Origin: Phoronis australis
Taxonomy: Eukaryota > Animalia > Phoronida
Length of the DNA stretch: 64,000 nt
Direction: 5' to 3'
NCBI GenBank assembly: GCA_002633005.1
Contig: NMRA01000595.1
Span: 173,367-237,366 of the forward strand
A model generated the notes under the pieces. The model had not been told where the DNA came from, made no database searches, and saw only the letters and a program-made list of their open reading frames with translations. The position numbers and the translations under genes are program-made. Numbering within the stretch: position 1 is the stretch's first letter; the number at the start of each line of letters is the position of its first letter. Of the stretch, positions 26,790-37,811 are shown piece after piece.

Positions 26790-29700
26790 CTAAAGAATCA
26801 AAAACAAAACACATTTTTAAAAGTGTAAGGACATGCAATGCAAATAAACCAGCGTATTAAAAAGGTAATAAAAAGTACAAAGCAAATTTATCTATAATTC
26901 AATTGCAACGTTTTACATCAACAAACAATTGCAGCTTAAAATGCAAATAAACACGAAATGCACAACTTTCAGGCCTAAATGAACTGGAAAACCTTACCCT
27001 GCCTACATTTGTCTTGAAAGAGATGAACAGGGAAAAAACAAAAGCATCAAAAGCGTTGGCTTTCTGCTGGACCGGCGTGCTTTGCTCTCCTAAATAACAC
27101 AAACCTTTCTGTTTGATTGCATTGTGTGTATACTCAGTTGCTAGGTTACCATCACGTCCACAGGTTTGTATAGTACCTTTTTTCATCCACCAGTCCTTAT
27201 ATGGCGATTAATACAGATAATTTTGTTTTACATGGATTCTGACAGTGTTGTAATAAATGAAAGCGATGTGCGACAGACGACGTTTGCGGAAACAGACACG
27301 TAATGTACTATTTTGATCTATAGTTTTTAATCATCATAGTACTCAAAAAGTGCCCATCTATCATATGATGACAAAACGGCCCAGTGACAACAATCGAAGG
27401 TAGACATAACGTACTGAACTACGCGTTTGTCCGCTGAAATACGCGCAAAACTATTACAAGCAAGCAGCAGCTTACAGAACGGAGGTGGGGTGGCACAGGA
27501 CCACGGCCCAGGGCATCCATATTAGGAAGTATCCAATCGATAAATAAGCTTTTGTAAGTTGTGATTCATTTTTAGTTATCGTGTATAAAGTTTCTTTTTT
27601 ATGTTTCATTTTTTGCTTGTGTTAGTACTTAAGGGTGCATGCATTTGAGTAGAGAAGGCCGCCTAATAAAAAATCGGCCTGGGCATCACCAAACCTCTGC
27701 ACGTTATTGCTAGGATAAACTCTCAAACGTTGGCGTTGGCATCCACTAATTGTTTGAGGAAGTGGATGAGGTCTTCGTAGTTTGACGTAAACTCTTCAGC
27801 AATAACGGATTAAATATTACATCTTCTATTTCGTGTTGTAAAGACCCGTTTGTATTTTGGGCGGCACAGCATAGGAGACTGGGAGGGGAGGGGACGGCGC
27901 CAGAGCCAACACTTTTTCAGTGCTGCACCACCCATGGTATGTGGGGGGCTGTGGGTTATAGCCTAACTCTTTTTTCAAAGCTGCGCCGCCCATGTTGTAT
28001 CAAGAATATTCTACTGACAACTCACTCGAGACCTTGTGGCAATTTGGGCATGCACTATACATGTATATTATAATAACTCTATTTGGTCCAAATCGGTGAT
28101 TAAGAAGACCACTGTTTTTAATCACTTTTCAAAAGTGCAACCCTTCTAAAAAGCCCTTCGCAACACAAATTTAGACATCATAAACTTGGCGAGACATTAC
28201 GAAATCTATACTACTTTTTTGAAATCCTTAAAAAGTCAAGCAAACACCAAGACTTCTATACTGCAGCCAACTTAAAAGTGATAAAAACAGTGGCAGCGTA
28301 CACAACACCTGATGTACCGGCAGTCGACGTTGCCATACGAGGTTAGATGCAGATACATGTAGGTCGAGCCCAACATCTGTGAGTTAATAAGATGGCCAAG
28401 ATGCTTAACGATGAATAATCCTTTGCCATCTGCGTTGATTGTAGCTCAAAACGCGATGACAAAAACTTTTTGATATTCATTAAATAAAACAACAAACCAG
28501 ATTTTCTTTAAGAATGACGATGTTCTTAGTAACATCCTAACTGATTATTGGAGGACATTATTGAAGATTTGAATGAGTGACTAACTAAAGCTTCACTAGG
28601 GCTAAGTTATCTTTTTGGAACGTGTCCTTAATTATTTCGGCAATTGATGCATCAGTGAAAGGTTCAACATTTTAGGTCAACTTTTGACCTAAACAAAATA
28701 AAAAAAACGACTAATCCGAAAGGGAGAGGCGAAATTAATAAAGATTCATTAAGATCGAAACTGGTATTGTGCTGCTGCGGGACTGAATTTGTATCAAACA
28801 GGAAAATGGGAACACACAAAACTGAGCTGAGTTTCCTAGATGCAAGAATCTCTCGAAGGAAACGCGTGTCATCACATGCTTCAAGTGTAAAACGTAGCGA
28901 TATTTTGCGAAGTCTTCCATAATCTTCAGTTGCTATTTCTCGAAGTTCTCGCTTCTACGGAACGCACAACACACGAGATACAACTGGCTTAGCCAGGAGT
29001 GTTCAACAGCGGGACTACTTATAAATAATATTAGGAAACAATTTCGATAAAACGGCTTTGTTTTAAAGAGTAATAAAAAGTGGACAGGATTTCTAAATAT
29101 CGCTACACCGCTGATAGGGTATAATGAGAGAAGCAATCAACAAAGCTCTTACTAGTCAATAAGGCTCCTTCAAAAATCACGTGACTGCTGCAACTCTAGA
29201 TATGTAGTGTGAGTAAGAAGCTGCAGCCGAACAAACTTTTGTCGAGACCTGTGTCACGTGAATCTAACTATTCAAAAATGATCTGATTATAAGAGAACAA
29301 AAATTCGTATATGGTTATAGGTCACCGACTTTGGAACTGCATGTGATATCGGATTTCATATTATCATCCATTGGCCCGTTCAATTGTTTGCAAAGTTGAA
29401 ATTCACTTCTCCAAATGTTTAAGTAGCTTTTGAACTCTGCTAGTTAAAATAAACAGCTGCTGATTGGCTAGAGGGTCCCAAGTGATTCAAAGGTGATGCA
29501 CGTGAAGTTAATCGCTACACTAACCATTGCCATGAATATAATAAAAGATTCGGCTTGTTGTCTTACATTCTTGTGTCTGATTGCGTGAATCAGTTCTAAT
29601 TCAGATCCATTCAATCTTTCTTTGTTCAGTGTTGTCGCAGTTTCGCAATAAGGGCCAATTCACTAATCAGTTTACAGGCCTGCTCTGTTTAAGTGAATAA

Positions 29701-30174
29701 TTTATGCTAAATTATTGCCGACGCCATCTGCTAAGCCCAATATATTTAAAATAATAAAAATCCATTCATTGAAGAATTAAAGAATTTTGATGAAAGACAA
29801 CAATTCCTTTCTTTATGAGTACTGCTGTTTTAATAATACATCATTTGAACTAAACAAATATTTATTGATAAATCTTCATTTATGTTTAAAGAAACCCAAG
29901 TATGATGACTGAAGTTGTCTCAAAGACAAATGACACACATGTAGTATAATTTGGCTTAAATAATGAATGACTTAGCATTGTTCGTTAGAATCAAAACACT
30001 TAATACCCCACACGAATAGTGCTCGTCGTCAGTCAAATTTTTGACATTATCATCCAAAATGTGTAAAGCCTAACTGAATAAGTATAATTAAAATAAAAAT
30101 TCACGGGACGGCGCAAAAATTTTTGTTTAGCAAACATTTCGAAAATGAAATTGCAAATCGATCTTCTTTATTAC

Positions 30175-30276
30175 CTGATTAGGGTCTGCTCCACGCTCTG
30201 ACAGCACCGGCACCGCTTCGAGTTTGCCTCTGGATATTCGATACTCCAGTACATCTTGCCCAAACAGCCGAGAAAT
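30175..30276 (-). CDS. Ankyrin cassette exon B4 (not in the ORF track)
   Basis: 102 nt, phase 0-0, splice sites intact. ISRLFGQDVLEYRISRGKLEAVPVLSERGADPNQ, with some fold-disrupting changes. Confidence 0.68.
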
Positions 30277-33200
30277 CTAAAGAATTAATAACAAAACACA
30301 ACTACAAAAGTTTAAGGACATGCAATTCAAATAAACCAGCGTCATAAAAGGTAATAAAAAGTACAAAGCAAATTTATTTATAATTCAATTGCAACGTTTT
30401 ACATCAACAAACAATTGCAGCTTAAAATGCAAATAAACTCGAAATGCACAACTTGCAGGCCTAAATGAACTGGAAAACCTTACCCTGCCTACATTTGTCT
30501 TGAAAGAGATGAACAGGGAAAAAACAAAAGCATCAAAAGCGTTGGCTTTCTGCTGGACCGGCGTGCTTTGCTCTCCTAAATAACACAAACCTTTCTGTTT
30601 GATTGCATGGTGTGTATACTCAGTTGCTAGGTTACCATCACGTCCACAGGTTTGTATAGTACCTTTTTTCATCCACCAGTCCTTATATGGCGATTAATAC
30701 AGATAATTTTGTTTTATATGGATTCTGAAAGTGTTGTATTAAATGAAAGCGATGTGCGACAGACGACGTTTGCGTAAACAAACACGTAATGTACTATTTT
30801 GATCTATAGTTTTTAATCATCATAGTACTCAAAAAGTGCTCATCTATCATATGATGACAAAACGCCCCAGTGGCAACAATCGAAGGTAGACATAACGTAC
30901 TGAACTACGCGTTTGTTCACTGAAATACGCGCAAAACTATTACAAGCAAGCAGCCGCTTACAGAACGGAGGTGGGGTGGCACAGGACCACGGCCCAGGGC
31001 ATCCATATTAGGAAGTATCCAATCGATAAATAAGCTTTTGTAAGTTGTGATTCATTTTTAGTTAACGTGTATAAAGTTTCTTTTTATGTTTCATTTTTTG
31101 CTGGTGTTAGTACTTAAGGGTGCATGCATTTGAGTAGAGAAGGCCGCCCAATAAAAAATCGCCCTGGGCATCACCAAACCTCTGCACGTTATTGCTAGGA
31201 TAAACTCTCAAACGTTGCCGTTGGCATCCACTAATTGTTTGATGAAGTGGATGAGGTCTTCGCAGTTTGACGTAAACTCTTCAGCAACAACGGATTAAAT
31301 ATTACATCTTCTATTTCGTGTTGTAAAGACCCGTTTGTATTTTGGGCGGCGCAGCATAGGAGACTGGGAGGGGAGGGGACGGCGCAAGATCCAACACTTT
31401 TTCAGTGCTGCACCACCCATGGTATATGGGGGGCTGGGGGTTATAGACTAACTCTTTTTTCAAAGCGGCGCGTCTCATGTTGTATCAAGAATATTCTACT
31501 GACAAGTCACGTGAGACCTTGTGACAATTTGGGCATGCACTATACATGTATATTATAATAACTCTATTTGGTCCAAATCGGTCATTAAGAAAACCACTGT
31601 TTTTAATCACTTTTCAAAAGTGCAACCCTTCTAAAAAGCCCTTTGCAACACAAATTTAGACATCAAAAACTTGGCGAGACATTACGAAATCTATACTACT
31701 TTTTTGAAATCCTTAAAAAGTCAAGCAAACGCGAAGACTTCTATACTGCAGCCAACTTAAAAGTGATAAAAACATTGGCAGCGTACACAACACCTAATGT
31801 ACCGGCAGTCGACGTTGCCATACGAGGTTAGATGCAGATACATGTAGGTCGAGCCCAACATCTGTGAGTTAATAAGATGGCCAAGATGCTTAACGATGAA
31901 TAATCCTTTGCCATCTGCGTTGATTGTAGCTCAAAACGCGATGACAAAAACTATTTGATATTCATTAAATAAAACAACAAACCAGATTTTCTTTAAGAAT
32001 GACGATGTTCTTAGTAACATACTAACTGATTATTGGAGGACATTATTGAAGATTTGAATGAGTGACTAACTAAAGCTTCACTAGGGCTAAGTTTTCTTTT
32101 TGGAACGTGACCTTAATTATTTCGGCAATTTATGCATCAGTGAAAGGTTCAACATTTTAGGTCAACTTTTGACCTAAACAAAATAAAAAAAACGACTAAT
32201 CCGAAAGGGAGTGGCGAAATTAATAAAGATTCATTAAGATAGAAACTGGTATTGTGCTGCTGCGGGACTGAATTTGTATCAAACAGGAAAATGGGAACAC
32301 ACAAAACTGAGCTGAGTTTCCTAGATGCAAGAATCTCTCGAAGGAAACGCGTGTCATCACATGCTTCAAGTATAAAACGTAGCGATATTTTGCGAAGTCT
32401 TCCATAATCTTCAGTTGCTATTTCTCTAAGTTCTCGCTTCTACGTGATACAACTGGCTTAGCCAGGAGTGTTCAACAGCGGGACTACTTATAAATAATAT
32501 TAGGAAACAATTTCGATAAAACGGCTTTGTTTTAAAGAGTAGTAAAAAGTGGACAGGATTTCTAAATAACGCTACCCCGCTGATAGGGTATAATGAGAGA
32601 AGCAATCAACAAAGCTCTTACTAGTCAATAAGGCTCCTTCAAAAATAACGTGACTGCTGCAACTCTAGATATGTAGTGTGAGTAAGAAGCTGCGGCCGAA
32701 CAAACTTTTGTCGAGACCTGTGTCACGTGAATCTAACTATCCAAAAATGATCTGACTATAGGAGAACAAAAATTCATATATGGTTATAGGTCACCGACTT
32801 TGGAACTGCATGTGATATCGGATTTCATATTATCATCCATTGGCCCGTTCAATTGTTTGCAAAGTTGAAATTCACTTCTCCAAATGTTTAGGTAGCTTTT
32901 GAACTCTGCTAGTTAAAATAAACAGCTGCTGATTGGCTAGAGGGTCCCAAGTGATTCAAATGTGATGCACGTGAAGTTAATCGCTACACTAACCATTGCC
33001 ATGAATATAATAAAAGATTCGGCTTGTTGTCTTACATTCTTGTATCTCATTGCGTGAATCAGTTCTAATTCAGATCCATTCAATCTTTCTTTGTTCAGTG
33101 TTGTTGCAGTTTCGCAATAAGGGCCAATTCACTAATCAGTTTACAGGCCTACTCCGTTTAAGTGAATAATTTATGCTAAATTATTGCCGGCGCCATCTGC

Positions 33201-33621
33201 GAAGCCCAATACATTTAAAATAATAAAAATCCATTCATTGCAGAATTATGAATTTTGATGAAAGACAACAATTCCTTTCTTTATGAGTACTGCTGTTTTA
33301 ATAATACATTATTTGAACTAAACAAATATTTATTTATAAATCGTCATTTATGTTTAAAGGCGAAGGCAACCTTTTTCCATGTCATTTTGAGCTAAAATAA
33401 GGTTGGTTGGTTATCCTAGACATATTTTCTACTTAATTACAGCTTTTCGTAATTTATTAATTACTCGTCCGCTACTCCGGAAGTGACGTTTTAGGAGGCA
33501 AGCATTTCGCGCCAATTTCTTTTCATATAGTCTGATTGTGAGAGCTGCCGAGTCAGTCATTGTTCTACCTCGCTTGTGTTAAGTTCCGTCGTCGTTTGCT
33601 TTCATTTACTAGTCAGACAAC

Positions 33622-34700
33622 ATGCCACACTGTTGCTACGTACCAGGATGTACTATTTATCGGCTCACGCGCGCTTTGGTAGTACCTTTCCATCGCTTTC
33701 CGATGGATGACACACTTCGCCGTACTTGGCTCGTTCGTGTGAAGAACGCAGCGTTACCCGTCCACGCAACGTACATGTACAAAGCAGTGGAGAATTCCGT
33801 GTGTGTGGCAAGCACTTTCTGCCGTCCGATTACGAAAGGGATCTGTACGCTGAACTGATGAAGGTCCCTGTGAAACAACTTCTGAAGAAAGATGCCATTC
33901 CGTCTGTGTTGATTCCCGGCAGTGCCCCGTCGCCACCCCCGAGAAGTGAGTTTTTGAAACGAGAAGCCTCGCGAGCTGTGGCCAGTACAGTGACTGGAGC
34001 CAGTGGAGGCACTTTATCTACTGTCACCCGTGCCTCCGAACGTACCCCAGAGCGTGCAATTCCTGGAACCAGTAGTGATTCGCACTGTGCTGTTTTCTCC
34101 AGCCCAGAGCCTCTAAGCAGCCCTGCAGCGATATCGAGTAGTGGGAGTGATTACAGGCCCAGTTCGACACCCAGTGAAGAGGACAGTTCGTCGTCCAGTG
34201 AACAGATCGGTGAGCCAAACTTTGATAAGTTTATTGTGGACTTGTCTAAAGTGTTGGAGCTATTTAGAAGGTGCCAGGTGTGTGGCGAGGGAGTCACACG
34301 ACACAATGTAAGCAGTTTGGGTGCTCAGGTCACCATCCAGTGGGAGTGTGTCACGGGACACTCTGGCAAGTGGGACAGTTGTTCCTCTGTCCGTGGTATG
34401 CCGGAGGTCCACTTAACCATGTCCAGTGGTGTGCTCTTCACTGGAAACACGTTTCAGTCGGTGAAGACAATGATGGACTTTGGAAAAGTCAAGTTTTTTT
34501 TCGAAAACAACATTCAACAACATTCAGAATTCCTATTTAATACCAGTTGTCAATGACGCATACATGTCACAACATCTCGAGTTGGTGGCGGAATTCATGG
34601 AGAAGGAGAACTTGTCTGACTCACCAGGGCGGTCCGCCAAGTATACCACATACACTCTAATGGAGGAAGAGACCAAAAAGATAATTGATGTGGAACTCGG
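33622..34700 (+). pseudogene. THAP-domain Kolobok transposase, frameshifted and truncated
   Basis: THAP C2CH (MPHCCYVPGC..FHRFP..RTW..RVCGKHF..DAIPSV), CxxC...C..GH..W, then DSPGRSAKYTTYTLME. Split over three frames and cut off at ~34700. Confidence 0.88.
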
Positions 34701-34701
34701 A

Positions 34702-34968
34702 ACAGCACAAGCATTCAATTGAGGTAGGCATAACAACGCACACAGTGCATTTGCACCAAGATGTGTCACCACGTCTGTCTTCAGTAGCCGCCTCGTTTCT
34801 CTCAACAGCTGCCTGTGCCTGTGTGTACTCTGCCTCGTTGTACTCGGGCTCAAACATGTACCCACCCACTGAATGTCCGTGAAAAAATTCCTCGTCACCA
34901 CTGCTGTGAACAAGGTCTCCGTCACTCACACTACTGTCACTGTGATACGGGTCACCGACTCCAGCCAT
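34702..34968 (-). pseudogene. KolX fragment (P2X7 C-terminal/Nanor-like zinc module)
   Basis: MAGVGD...GYMFEPEY...RRGDTSWCKCTVCVVMPTSIECLCC, convergent with the transposase as is typical of Kolobok. Confidence 0.8.
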
Positions 34969-35591
34969 TTTCAGCTTACAACACACTAAACAATCCCTAA
35001 ATCCAACGCAGTTGAGTTCTCTACTAACCTATCTTGCCGCAGAATACTCGCCGATGGAAAGTGGTGGCGACAATTGGTGAAAAATAGCACAAAACAAAAG
35101 TAGAATAGAACAGATTCGCACAGTAAGCTCAACGCAAAACCAAGTGGCGGGAAGCGCTTGCCTCCTAAAACGTCACTTCCGGAAAAGCGGACGAGTAATT
35201 AATAAAATTACGAAAAGCTGTAATTAAGTGAAAAATATGTCTAGGATAACCAACCAACCTTATTTTAGCTCAAAATGAAATGGAAAAAGGTTGCCTTCGC
35301 CTTTAAAGAAACTCAAGTATGATGACTTAAGTTATCTCAATGATGAATGACACACATATAGTATAATTTGGCTTAAATAATGAATGACTTAGCATTGTTT
35401 GGTAGAATCAAAACACTTAATACCCCACACGAATAGTGTTCGTCGTCAGTCAAATTTTTGACATTATCATCCAATAGGTGTAAAGCCTTACTCAATAAGC
35501 ATAATTATTATAAAAATTCACTGGCCGGCGCAAATATTTTTGTTTGGCAAACATTTCGAAAATGATATTGCAGATCGATCTTCTTTATTAC

Positions 35592-35693
35592 CTTATTAGG
35601 GTCTGCTCCTGGCTCAAACAGCAGCTTCAACAGTTCGCGTTCGCGGAAAGACCCTTCAATCACATGTGCGATGGTTTTTATCGGTCGATGAAC
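35592..35693 (-). CDS. Ankyrin cassette exon B5, highly diverged
   Basis: 102 nt, phase 0-0, splice sites intact, no stop. VHRPIKTIAHVIEGSFRERELLKLLFEPGADPNK. Confidence 0.62.
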
Positions 35694-36667
35694 CTGAAGA
35701 ATCAAGAACAAAACACAACTACAAAACTGTAAGGACATGCAATGCAAATAAACCAGCGTAGTAAAAAGGTAATGAAAAAGTACAAAGGAAATTTATTTAT
35801 AATTCAATTGCAACATTTTACATCAACAGACAATTGCAGCTTAACATGCAAATAAACTCGAAATGCACAACTTGCAGGCCTAAATGAACTGGAAATCCTT
35901 ACCCTGCCTACATTTGTCTTGAAATAGATGAACAGCTAAAAAACAAAAGCATCAAAAGCGTTGGCTTTCTACTGGACCGGCGTGCTTTGCACTCCTAAAT
36001 AGCACACACCTTTCTGTTTGATTGCATTGTGTGTATATTCAGTTGCTAGGTTACAATCACGTCCACAGTTTTGTTTAGTGGTTGTTTTATCCACCAGTCC
36101 TTATATGGCGATTGATACAGATAATTTTGTTTTACATGGATTCTGACAGTGTTGTAATAAATGAAAGCGATGTGCGACTGACGACGTTTGCGGAAACAGA
36201 CACGTAAGGTACTATTTTGATCTATAGTTTTTAATCATCATAGTAATACCCAAAATGTGCTCATCTATCATATGACAAAACGTCCCAGTGGCAACAATCC
36301 AAGAGCCACATAATGTATTCAACGGAATGTTTGCCACTGTTTTGCGCGCAAAACAATTACTAGCAAGCAGTAGCTTAGAGAATGGGGGCACGGAACCACG
36401 GCTCCGGGCATCCCTATTAGAGAACATCCACTCGATAAATAAACTTTTTGAAAATGCGATTCGGCGCCAGAGCAGACATTTATTCAGTTCTGCACCGCCC
36501 AAGGTATATGGGGGCTGGGTGAGGGGAAAGTCAGGCTATAGCACAACACTTTTGCAGTTGTACGCCGCCCATGTTGTAAGACTTGTTTACCAAAGATCAC
36601 GAAATTTCGTTTTGATTTTATGCAAAAGTATACATGGCGTTAATTCTCGGATGCTGTAAACATTCCA

Positions 36668-36669
<2 letters not shown>

Positions 36670-36710
<41 letters not shown>

Positions 36711-36722
36711 NNNNNNNNNNNN

Positions 36723-36760
<38 letters not shown>
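36670..36760. repeat. (TA)n microsatellite spanning a small N gap
   Basis: Directly visible. Confidence 0.97.
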
Positions 36761-36763
<3 letters not shown>

Positions 36764-37811
36764 ATAGCCATTATCTTCTGCCAGTCTTTCAGAATCTACT
36801 CTCAGTACAGTTGTGTTGTATAATTTCCTTCATTTGCACCTTCAAGTTTCTTTGACACTACGTCAGTACCCTTTTGTGGATTTTTGGCGTTGGACACCTC
36901 TTACATCGAGCCTGTTGCTCGTATGATGTCGGAGAGATCGTGCACTATTCTGATATACTGTCTTCTATTGATCAAAGCTTTTTGATAGACCTAGGGCTAC
37001 TTGCTTCAAAATACTGTGAACTAACGGCCGTGGTCACGTTGGGGGTTTTCTGCAAGAAAACACAGCTAAACGTCTGGTTTTGAGTAACAGGAAGTGTATT
37101 GAAAGTACATATGTTGAACGGAAACCCATTGTTTTGTTGCATCCTCACCGTAGCATTGAAATGAATTTTGAATGGCGTGGGGTGGAATTTCTGCAAATGA
37201 GTAGTGGGGGCATGGTACTGTTTACCCCACGTGACAACATTGGTGGGCTGACAATGCCAACGTACAGTGTACGAGCACACCGTGTGAACTAAGTCGATAG
37301 ATGTATTCCTCGGAGCCTTTACTATCCAATATGGAAAAACGAAGAAGACACTAGGAAAACAAAGTTGCGCTCCTAGCATATGCTTTCAAGGGATTTTAGA
37401 GTTAACATCTAGGTGAACACATTTGCAACGAGATCTGACAGTGGCAAAGAGTGGTAAGACGGTTCCTTTCATTACACGCTGCGTGGTTTCAGAGCCTCTA
37501 TTAGGTTTACCCGTCTACATACATGCAGGAAGAGGGAGGGGGGGGGGGNNNNNGGTGAGCGCCTCACCATCCACACAGTAACCCAAATCGACAGAGTTAA
37601 TTTTTACTTGGGTTGGTGTCATACACCAACATTCGCCACTCAAGACTGTCGCAAGTGATGACGGTCGTTATGTTTTCCCATATTACACAGGCGAATAAAA
37701 GCGATGGATTATAGAGGACATTTTTCGATACAAAGGCGTAAAAATGTTCTTCCTATCAACTTTGTAAGTTATCCACAATGTCTTCATATATACTAATATG
37801 ACAATGGCCCA

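Larger units (their letters stand above)
33358..35302 (+). mobile_element. Kolobok DNA transposon, internally deleted
   Basis: ~150-bp TIRs starting AGGCGAAGGCAACC. TTAA TSD at 33354-33357 and 35303-35306. The empty site tgtTTAAagaa is present in sister units (~26399, ~29886). Convergent transposase and KolX remnants inside. Confidence 0.93.
17681..36575. repeat. Five-unit tandem duplication (~3.5-3.6 kb) carrying ankyrin exons
   Basis: Units start at about 17681, 21291, 24901, 28386 and 31871 (ataRgatggccaagatgcttaacg). Units 1-2 are segment X (exon A) plus segment Y (exon B). Units 3-5 are segment Z plus segment Y. Intronic ORFs recur at the same period (19842, 23414, 26899, 30385). Confidence 0.95.

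Noticed and set aside
19842-30672. Repeated ORFs MKKGTKQTCGRDG..., MIPHSRNQF..., MEDFAKYRY...
   Set aside because: They recur only because the introns are duplicated. No domain signature, and they are broken in some copies.
17681-36575. CRISPR-like or DGR-like explanation for the variable cassettes
   Set aside because: Units are kilobase-sized with spliceosomal exons. There is no reverse transcriptase or invariant template, and substitutions are not limited to adenines.
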